Source: a virus (taxonomy: Duplodnaviria; Caudoviricetes). From it: a DNA stretch of 34,044 nucleotides. Location: positions 1 through 34,044 of IMG/VR virus record IMGVR_UViG_3300049436_000163; one strand, written 5' to 3'. The notes under the pieces were generated by a model. The model saw only the letters and a program-made list of their open reading frames with translations, did not search any database and was not told the DNA's origin. How positions within the stretch are numbered: position 1 is the stretch's first letter; each line of letters begins with the position of its first letter. Both the position numbers and the translations under genes were made by a program. This document shows positions 16,624-23,109 of the stretch, piece after piece.

Positions 16624-17055
16624 GTGTTGAAAGATCGCATCAAGACGTTGCGCAACGCCAAGGGCTGGAGCCAGAAGGAACTCGCGCGAAGGTCCGGCGT
16701 GTCGCAGCAACTGATTGGGAAGATCGAGACAGGCGGCTTGGCTGAGAGCCGAAAAATCCACGCTATCGCACGGGCCTTCGGTCTCAGCGTGGAAGAACTA
16801 CTGGATGCCGCTGACCCGGTGGCGCTTCAGAAGGAACGTGAGCAGCAATTGGTATTGGAGATGCGACTCGGTACGCATGTCCATGGCTACCCTCTTTTGC
16901 AGGCTCTCGTGAACAGCATGGGTGAGCGGATTTCCCGACTCGATGAAGAACAAATACAAGACATCGTGGAGGTGGTCGAGGACAGGGTTGCGAGGTTGCT
17001 CGCGCGCCGTGATCCGAGACGCCCAAAAAGGTCTCGCAAGAAGAAGTCGGAGTGA
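16624..17055 (+). CDS. CI-like XRE-family repressor (no S24 peptidase domain seen)
   Basis: LKDRIKTLRNAKGWSQKELARRSGVSQQLIGKIETG HTH; divergent from cro, flanked by operators. Confidence 0.85.
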   Translation: MLKDRIKTLRNAKGWSQKELARRSGVSQQLIGKIETGGLAESRKIHAIARAFGLSVEELLDAADPVALQKEREQQLVLEMRLGTHVHGYPLLQALVNSMGERISRLDEEQIQDIVEVVEDRVARLLARRDPRRPKRSRKKKSE

Positions 17056-17195
17056 TACCGGCGATACGTTGACCAATCTTCAGGTGCTGAACATGCTGGG
17101 TCTTCCAACGCCCAGCGACGACAACGCACGGAAGCCATCTAGGAAACGCTGAATGCCGATCAAGTCTGCACGGCTGGGATCGCGCGGCCGGGATA

Positions 17196-17237
17196 ACTAC
17201 TTTAGTAGTTGACTTGCCTTAACTACCTTGGTAGTTT
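17196..17237 (+). promoter_or_regulatory. pL-like promoter with two OL operators
   Basis: ACTACTTTAGTAGT (17196) and ACTACCTTGGTAGT (17222, identical to the 16550 site) overlapping TTGACT-17 nt-TAGTTT. Confidence 0.85.
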
Positions 17238-17274
17238 TCGCCCATCGCCCCGGTATCCGCCGGCGGGAGGATGG

Positions 17275-17505
17275 ATGAAGACGCTGCTCACGCCCGCTGA
17301 TGTCGCCACTGCCGACTCGCGGGATTTCGAACTCCTCGACGAAGTCGTTCAGTCCGGCGTGGCTCTCCGCCAGGCGGAAACGCTCGCCGCGCAGATCGAG
17401 GAACGCGCGCGCCTCCGGGCGCGTCGCATGGTCCTCTCCGCGCAGGAGCGCTTCGTCAGTGCCCAGGCAGCGCTGCGCGAATCGCGTGAACTGGAGGCGG
17501 CATGA
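17275..17505 (+). CDS. Hypothetical protein, first early-left gene
   Basis: GGAGG RBS, MKTLLTPADV..., coupled to next gene. Confidence 0.6.
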   Translation: MKTLLTPADVATADSRDFELLDEVVQSGVALRQAETLAAQIEERARLRARRMVLSAQERFVSAQAALRESRELEAA

Positions 17506-17900
17506 GCGCCGCCGGGGTCGACGCAACTGAGGTTGCTTCCGAAGACTGGCGCCACGCACCAGGGCCGTGGACGCGCGACACCGAAGACCCGTTTCTGATT
17601 CGTGACGCCGGTGGTGGATGCGTGGCGCAGGTCATTTCCGGTGCGGCGCTCGCTCGCATCGAGAACGCGCCTGAACTGGTGGAAGCGCTGCGCGCTGTTG
17701 GCCAGCTCCTGAACACCGCCACGTACACGCGATTCGGAAAGCCGGAGTGGCTTACCGAAGAAGGTCGCGCGGCCCGTGAGCAGGTCCGCATGTTGGCGCT
17801 GCGTTTCGACGTGGTCGCTGCCAACAAGTCCGGCACGATCCTCGGCCAGGCTGGCGCAGTCGTGGCTGCGGCGTTGGCCGCTGCCGAGGTGGCGCTGTGA
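17502..17900 (+). CDS. Hypothetical phage protein
   Basis: HAPGPW...ARIENAPELVEAL, resembling the common phage HTPGPW/AAPELLEAL family. Confidence 0.65.
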   Translation: MSAAGVDATEVASEDWRHAPGPWTRDTEDPFLIRDAGGGCVAQVISGAALARIENAPELVEALRAVGQLLNTATYTRFGKPEWLTEEGRAAREQVRMLALRFDVVAANKSGTILGQAGAVVAAALAAAEVAL

Positions 17901-18034
17901 GCCAGCGCGCACGAGCCATCGTGTACTGGACCTGCGTCGTGATCATCGCCGCCGCCTCGTACTTCTCGGTGTTCACGGTCGGCAAGATCGCCGGCATGAA
18001 CGAAGCCGCGGCCATCTTCAGGGGTGAGCCGTGA
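17897..18034 (+). CDS. Small single-TM protein
   Basis: Manual translation MSQRARAIVYWTCVVIIAAASYFSVFTVGKIAG...; GTGA overlaps. Confidence 0.5.
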   Translation: MSQRARAIVYWTCVVIIAAASYFSVFTVGKIAGMNEAAAIFRGEP

Positions 18035-18225
18035 TGCTCGTGGCCATGTTCACCTGCCTTATCGGCTCGGTCATCGCGCTCATCGTCGACGACAGCGCGA
18101 CTGCCATGATCTTGGTGAACCTGTCCGTGCTCTGCTCCGCGCTCGACACGCGGCTCGATCGCATCGAGAAGGTCATCACCCTTTCGAAGGGGGCCACAGA
18201 TCCCCAACCCAAGGAGTCACCGTGA
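18031..18225 (+). CDS. Small membrane protein
   Basis: Hydrophobic 64-aa ORF with overlapping start/stop. Confidence 0.5.
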   Translation: MMLVAMFTCLIGSVIALIVDDSATAMILVNLSVLCSALDTRLDRIEKVITLSKGATDPQPKESP

Positions 18226-18467
18226 TCCGCGCGTACTTCCGTGCCCTGCTGTTCCGCTTCCTGAACTGGTGGCACCTTCAGGCGGCCATCGCCCACTACA
18301 TGCGGCTGCAGGCAATGGGCGCCGCGCCACGCGAACCCACCGCCCAGGACATCATCAATCTGCAGGCGAGTGAGCCGGCCCTGCGCGGACTCGACCCCGC
18401 GGCCTTCGCGGCCCAGGTCACGCGCGAGATCAAGGAACGCGCCGAGTCGTCGGGCTACTCACCGTGA
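18222..18467 (+). CDS. Hypothetical protein
   Basis: AAGGAG RBS, GTG start, coupled. Confidence 0.55.
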   Translation: MIRAYFRALLFRFLNWWHLQAAIAHYMRLQAMGAAPREPTAQDIINLQASEPALRGLDPAAFAAQVTREIKERAESSGYSP

Positions 18468-18673
18468 TCGGCGTTCCGCGCGAGAACCATCGCCTGCGCC
18501 TGTCGGCCATCGGCACCACCGGCGCGACCACCGAGGCGGCAGCCCTCGCCGAAGCCACCGCGACCGCCGCGCGCGATGTCACGTACCGCTTCCCTCTCGC
18601 CTGCAACCGCTTCGCGGATCCGCGACTGCAGCAGGTCTATGCCACTCGCTATCAGGAGCTTCGCCGCCCATGA
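18464..18673 (+). CDS. Hypothetical protein
   Basis: Coupled 69-aa ORF. Confidence 0.5.
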   Translation: MIGVPRENHRLRLSAIGTTGATTEAAALAEATATAARDVTYRFPLACNRFADPRLQQVYATRYQELRRP

Positions 18674-19173
18674 ATGCCGCCACCACCCTGTTCCTGCCGG
18701 ACCTGCCGCTGCAACTGTTCAAGGTCGACACCAAGAGCGTGAAGGCCGGACACGTCCTGCCCACCAAGGCAAAGAAATGGGAGGGCGTCTACGTGCCGGC
18801 CCTGCAGATCATCATCGCTGCCGATCCGGTGAAAGGGTTCTACGGCCCCTGGCCTGACGCGATGCGCGTCGCCTCCGAGCAGTCGATCTGCGGATTGCCG
18901 CCGCGCGAGGGCGCGCCATCCCTGTCGCGCCTCGAGGTGCAGCTGATGATCGACGACAACCTCTGGTCGCCGGTGATCGACAAGACTTTCTTCCGGTTCG
19001 GCTCGAACTACTGGGAATGGACCAGCACGAAGTGCGCGCCGCTCTCCCGCGAGGAGTACGCGTGGGCGGTCCACTTCGGCGGCGGCTTTTCCGGCCGGGG
19101 TCGCCAGTCGGGTCGCTGCCACGCGCGGGGCGTTGCCCCCAGTCAGTACCTGGATCTCGGTAAGGCGGCGTGA
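18670..19173 (+). CDS. DGR target protein 1 (DUF1566/CLec-like)
   Basis: WPDA...PVIDKTFF..YWEWTST..YAWAVHF..HARGV; C-terminus encoded by VR1. Confidence 0.9.
   Translation: MNAATTLFLPDLPLQLFKVDTKSVKAGHVLPTKAKKWEGVYVPALQIIIAADPVKGFYGPWPDAMRVASEQSICGLPPREGAPSLSRLEVQLMIDDNLWSPVIDKTFFRFGSNYWEWTSTKCAPLSREEYAWAVHFGGGFSGRGRQSGRCHARGVAPSQYLDLGKAA
19043..19143 (+). repeat. DGR variable repeat VR1
   Basis: 101 nt colinear with TR 21557-21657; 15 mismatches, all at TR adenines. Confidence 0.97.
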
Positions 19174-19448
19174 TGTACGCGGGTGCCCACCACCTGAAGT
19201 TCGGTGCCGTGCGGTCCGCGGACCTGCGCCTGGCCGAGTTGATGGCCACGTACCGCAGGCGGCGCGCGGCAGGATTTCTCAGCGCGGACCTGCGCACCGA
19301 GCACCAGAAGGAGCGCGCCACGTGGTGGTTCGCGCAGCAGCTGCGCCTGGCCGGCATCAAGTTCGACTGCATGAAGGCGCTGCGGCGAGAAGGCGCGCGG
19401 CGCGAGCTGGTCAGTCGCATGCAAGTCATCCGCGGGGGCAAGCGGTGA
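19170..19448 (+). CDS. Hypothetical basic protein
   Basis: Coupled to target 1 stop. Confidence 0.5.
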   Translation: MMYAGAHHLKFGAVRSADLRLAELMATYRRRRAAGFLSADLRTEHQKERATWWFAQQLRLAGIKFDCMKALRREGARRELVSRMQVIRGGKR

Positions 19449-19967
19449 ATGGCACAGCGCCACAACGCGGCCCTGCCTTCACTTCTCGGCCGGCTGGCGC
19501 GCGGCGCGACGCTGCGCCTGGTGCGGGTGGAGGCGCGCGGGATCGACGCGTGGAAGCTCTACAGCAAGGACGGCTTCCCCTGCGAGCAGATCAGCCAGCA
19601 GGCGTGCTGGATCGCGTACAAGCGCGGACTGCTGGAGGGGATTCCGGGCGTCGTCGGGCCGGCGGGTCAGCACTGGTCCGCCTGGCGCCTCAAGTTGCCG
19701 AAGCCCTCCTCTGCTGCGCCGTCCTCGCCGGCGTCGGCGCCCTCGCCGCCATCACCTGGCGCGACTTCAGCGACACCCGCGCCGTCGTCGTCTCCGAACT
19801 CGGGAGGATGCCCTGAATGTGCGCCGCCCGAAGCCACGAGCCTCGCTGCGAGCACGGCGTGCCCGTCGACAGCGACTGCCCCGCGTGCGCAATCGAGGGC
19901 TTCGAACCCGAACCCGATGCAGACCCGCCGCCGGCGGGCCCCTACCCCGCCTGAGGAGAAACCATGA
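19449..19967 (+). CDS. Hypothetical protein (C-terminal half may be a shadow of overlapping small ORFs)
   Basis: Globular-looking N-terminal ~85 aa, low-complexity tail. Confidence 0.4.
   Translation: MAQRHNAALPSLLGRLARGATLRLVRVEARGIDAWKLYSKDGFPCEQISQQACWIAYKRGLLEGIPGVVGPAGQHWSAWRLKLPKPSSAAPSSPASAPSPPSPGATSATPAPSSSPNSGGCPECAPPEATSLAASTACPSTATAPRAQSRASNPNPMQTRRRRAPTPPEEKP
19817..19954 (+). CDS. Possible 45-aa CxH/CxxC peptide
   Basis: GGAGG RBS; MCAARSHEPRCEHGVPVDSDCPACAIEGFEPEPDADPPPAGPYPA. Confidence 0.35.
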   Translation: MCAARSHEPRCEHGVPVDSDCPACAIEGFEPEPDADPPPAGPYPA

Positions 19968-20437
19968 GCGTCCGCTACGACAAGCTGATCCTGCGCAATG
20001 ACCGTCTGGTCATCGCGCCGCCCGACTTCACCGACCGGCACGAACTTGTGCTGGTGCGCCGGCAGATCGGCGGCACCGAGGTCACGCTGATCTTCGAGGC
20101 CTACGCCATCGGCGAGCCGTTGCCGTGGAAGGAAGCGATCGCCGCGGCGGACGCGCGCAAGGCCTACGGCGTCGTGCCGATCCAGGCGGCCACGCACGAG
20201 GAAGCGACGCTGCTGTCGGATCGCTCGCTGTGGCCCAGCGCACCGGTCGAGTACTTCCCGGACATCCGCGAGAACTGGTCGAGCTGGACGCGCACGACCG
20301 ATGCCGAAGACCCCGAGGAGTGCGCGTGGGCGGTCTACTTCGACTACGGCGATTCCTACCGGGTTCGCCAGTCGGATCACTACCACGCGCGGGGCGTTGC
20401 CCCCAGTCAGTACCTGGATCTCGGTGAGGTGGCGTGA
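19964..20437 (+). CDS. DGR target protein 2 (DUF1566/CLec-like)
   Basis: LPWKEAIAAA...YFPD..WSSWTRT..CAWAVYF..HARGV; C-terminus encoded by VR2. Confidence 0.9.
   Translation: MSVRYDKLILRNDRLVIAPPDFTDRHELVLVRRQIGGTEVTLIFEAYAIGEPLPWKEAIAAADARKAYGVVPIQAATHEEATLLSDRSLWPSAPVEYFPDIRENWSSWTRTTDAEDPEECAWAVYFDYGDSYRVRQSDHYHARGVAPSQYLDLGEVA
20314..20407 (+). repeat. DGR variable repeat VR2
   Basis: 94 nt colinear with TR 21564-21657; 9 mismatches, all at TR adenines. Confidence 0.97.
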
Positions 20438-21042
20438 CCATGGCACCCACCCCCACCGCAGCAGTCGGCGCCGTCAGGACCGTGGCGCCTTCCTACCCGC
20501 AGCGCCTGCGCGATGCGGCCAACCTCCTCGAAGCACTTCTCGCGCTGGACGGGCAGCAGAGCATCGAGGTCGCGGCCGACATCCCGGCGCGTCTGTCCAC
20601 CGCCGACGGTCGCTACCTGCGGGTGACATCCGACCTGGTGCAGGGGTCGGACGTGGAGATTCCGGACGCAGAGTGGTTCCTCACGCAGGACCAGGAGACA
20701 GGCCTCGTCTGGACGCACGTGCTGGGCGATGCCGAGAACGGGCAGCCGCACTCCGAAGCTATCGCACTGTTCAACGCGTTCACCTTACGCAAGGTGCGGT
20801 TCGAGCTGTCGGACATCCGGCAGACGCTCTCGATCATCGACTACGAACTCTGCGACCCGGCCGTCGACCAGCGTTACTTCCGCGGGCCCTACGGCTACCA
20901 CTGGACGAGGACGCCTGCCAAGGATCTGAAGGAGTACGCGTGGGCGGTCGACTTCGGCGACGGCGATTCCGCCCGGCATCGCCAGTCGGCTCGCTCCCAC
21001 GCGCGGGGCGTTGCCCCCAGTCAGTCCCTCGGTCTTCGGTAA
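20434..21042 (+). CDS. DGR target protein 3 (DUF1566/CLec-like)
   Basis: DQETGLVW motif, PAVDQRYF..YHWTRT..YAWAVDF..HARGV; C-terminus encoded by VR3. Confidence 0.9.
   Translation: MTMAPTPTAAVGAVRTVAPSYPQRLRDAANLLEALLALDGQQSIEVAADIPARLSTADGRYLRVTSDLVQGSDVEIPDAEWFLTQDQETGLVWTHVLGDAENGQPHSEAIALFNAFTLRKVRFELSDIRQTLSIIDYELCDPAVDQRYFRGPYGYHWTRTPAKDLKEYAWAVDFGDGDSARHRQSARSHARGVAPSQSLGLR
20930..21021 (+). repeat. DGR variable repeat VR3
   Basis: 92 nt colinear with TR 21566-21657; 12 mismatches, all at TR adenines. Confidence 0.97.
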
Positions 21043-21059
21043 CGGGCTGACCAGCAGCG

Positions 21060-21500
21060 ATGCGTAAGAACCTTCCGGACCTGTGGCAGCGCGCGGTGCA
21101 TATCGAGGCTGCCATCTACCAGGCGGTCAAGGAGCGCTTCACGCGCACCGATCGGTACGACGTGGGCGTCGAGCTGAAGCAAAGCGCTCGTGCCGTCGTC
21201 ACCGCGGCGCGCAAGGCCTTCCTCACGAAGGAGGGCTATCGCCGCACGCAGCAGGTCCAGGCTTTCTCTGACGAGATCGACGAGTTGAAAGACCGGATGC
21301 AGCACGCCAGCGAGGTCGGTGCGTTCCGCAGTGGCGACGAGTTCGAAATGATCGCGCGCCTCGTGCGCGACCTGGGTAAGCGGTGCGGAGGGTGGCTGAA
21401 CGAGGAGCGGAAGAATTCGGGCCAGAATGACCGGCCACCGGCCGGGCAGCGTGCCCAGACACTGAGTGCCCGGGCCGCCCCGACAGGGGCAAATCCATGA
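21060..21500 (+). CDS. avd: DGR accessory variability determinant (Avd-like four-helix bundle)
   Basis: F.R.DRYDVGVELKQSA...IDELK...LGKRCGGW; located between last target and TR. Confidence 0.85.
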   Translation: MRKNLPDLWQRAVHIEAAIYQAVKERFTRTDRYDVGVELKQSARAVVTAARKAFLTKEGYRRTQQVQAFSDEIDELKDRMQHASEVGAFRSGDEFEMIARLVRDLGKRCGGWLNEERKNSGQNDRPPAGQRAQTLSARAAPTGANP

Positions 21501-22801
21501 CGAAGCGGTACTACCCCAGTGGCTGTGCCGCCGGGTCCGAAGTGCCCGGGCTAGCGTCTCCCGCGAGGAGTACGCGTGGGCGGTCAACTTCGACAACGGC
21601 AATTCCAACCGGAATCACCAGTCGAATCACTACCACGCGCGGGGCGTTGCCCCCAGTGAGTGTCGACCCGCCCACGTTCGGCTCCCTCCGCGCTGCGCTC
21701 CGGCGCGCGCGCCGACGCAAGAAGCCCGCGACCGACATGGCGAACTTCATGGCGTTCTGGCTCGACGGCATCTTCGAACTGGAAGAACGGCTGCTGAACC
21801 TCTGCTGGCATCCGTCCCCGCCCACCTGCTTCATTGCTCACGCGCCCAAGGCGCGCGAGATCCACGCCCCCGCCTTCGCTGACAGAGTCGTCCATCAGCT
21901 GCTCGTATTCGTGCTGGAGAAGCTGTACGAGCCGCATTTTATCTTCGACAGCTACAGCAACCGGAAGGGCAAGGGCACGCACGCCGCGGTCCGCCGCCTG
22001 CAGCGCTTCGTGCGGCAGGTCCATTCGGGTGAAGGTGGCGGGTACTACCTGCAGCTGGACATCAAGAACTTCTTCAACAGCATCCACCGGCCGACGCTGT
22101 ACCAATTTCTCAAGGTCCGCATGGAGCGAGCGGGCCTTCCTCTTCCCCTGCAGCGCGCCGTCCACGCGCTGCTGACCTGGCCGATCGCGCGCACTGGCGT
22201 GCGCTGGGCCTGCACCGCGGCCGAGCGCGAGGCAGTGCCGCCGCACAAGCGCCTGGAGAATGCCCCGGCTGGCCACGGTATCGCGATCGGCAACCTCTCC
22301 AGCCAGTTCTTCGCCAACGTCTACCTCGACCGCCTCGATCAGTTCATCAAGCACGCCTTACCAGCGCGAGGGATCCGCGTCCGATACCTCCGCTACGTAG
22401 ATGACTTTGTCCTGGTCCATCGGGACGACGCGCTTCTGCAGGAATGCCGTGGGCTGATCGAGGCCTTTCTCCGTGACGAACTGAAGCTCGAGCTGAAGGC
22501 CGACCAGCGGCTGCGGCCTCTCACGGCCGGCGTCGACTTCCTCGGCTACATCGTCTACCCGACGCACCTGGTCGTGCGCCGGCGTGTCGCCGGTCATTGC
22601 CGCGCGAAGCTCGCAGCATGGGGCCGACGCTGGGTACGCGGCGCGCGCATCAGCGCCCGCGCCGACATCGACGGCCTGCGTGCGCGCTGGGCCTCGTATC
22701 AGGGCCACTTCCGCCATGCGCGCAGCTACCGGCTGCAGCAGCGCATCCACCAACGATTCCCGTGGCTGGCGGAGGCGCTGGCCGAGAAGGAGATTGCATG
22801 A
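21497..22801 (+). CDS. DGR reverse transcriptase (start ATG 21497 or GTG 21656)
   Basis: KAREIHAPAFADRVVH, GKGTHAA, LDIKNFFNSI, GIAIGNLSSQFFANVYL, YLRYVDDFVL, GVDFLGY. Confidence 0.95.
   Translation: MTKRYYPSGCAAGSEVPGLASPARSTRGRSTSTTAIPTGITSRITTTRGALPPVSVDPPTFGSLRAALRRARRRKKPATDMANFMAFWLDGIFELEERLLNLCWHPSPPTCFIAHAPKAREIHAPAFADRVVHQLLVFVLEKLYEPHFIFDSYSNRKGKGTHAAVRRLQRFVRQVHSGEGGGYYLQLDIKNFFNSIHRPTLYQFLKVRMERAGLPLPLQRAVHALLTWPIARTGVRWACTAAEREAVPPHKRLENAPAGHGIAIGNLSSQFFANVYLDRLDQFIKHALPARGIRVRYLRYVDDFVLVHRDDALLQECRGLIEAFLRDELKLELKADQRLRPLTAGVDFLGYIVYPTHLVVRRRVAGHCRAKLAAWGRRWVRGARISARADIDGLRARWASYQGHFRHARSYRLQQRIHQRFPWLAEALAEKEIA
21557..21657 (+). ncRNA. DGR template repeat (TR)
   Basis: Adenine-rich master copy (22 A, six AAY codons in VR frame: SREEYAWAVNFDNGNSNRNHQSNHYHARGVAPS) between avd and RT core. 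Confidence 0.95.
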
Positions 22802-23109
22802 GCGATGAGAAGTTCGAGGCGTGGGCCGTGGTCGAGTTGTTCGGCCACAGCACCTGCGCGGGCAAACTGACCGAGCAGACCATCGGCGGCGAGACCTTCG
22901 TGCGCATCGACGTGCCCCACCCGGAGGGCGAGTACACGCGCCTCTTTGGCAAGGGCGCGATCTACGCGATCAATCTGAGCGATGAAGCCACCGCGCGGCG
23001 ATACGCGGCGCGCAGCACGCCGCCGCTGAAGCCCTACACGCCGCCAGCGATGTCCACCATCGCGGCGCTGCCTGCTGGGCAGGACATCGACGACGACGGT
23101 GACCTCTGA
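22798..23109 (+). CDS. Conserved phage hypothetical protein
   Basis: WAVVELFGH...GETFVRIDVP...GAIYAIN; ATGA coupled to RT. Confidence 0.7.
   Translation: MSDEKFEAWAVVELFGHSTCAGKLTEQTIGGETFVRIDVPHPEGEYTRLFGKGAIYAINLSDEATARRYAARSTPPLKPYTPPAMSTIAALPAGQDIDDDGDL

Noticed and set aside
17897-18225. Small TM genes (and the lipoprotein at 30519-30821) as holin/spanin lysis genes
   Set aside because: They lie in the early-left operon with no endolysin nearby
19043-21657. Four ~95-nt repeats as a CRISPR array or simple duplications
   Set aside because: They are long, lie in coding 3' ends, are irregularly spaced, and all mismatches fall at adenines of one copy; this is the DGR TR/VR signature
21466-21882. 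ORF containing YAWAVNFDNGNSNRN as a fourth DGR target
   Set aside because: It is the TR read in the VR frame; it lacks the upstream CLec scaffold and overlaps avd and RT
21497-22801. RT as group II intron, retron or Abi RT
   Set aside because: Avd, TR and VRs are adjacent, the GNLSSQ motif is DGR-like, and no maturase/endonuclease extension or msr-msd is evident
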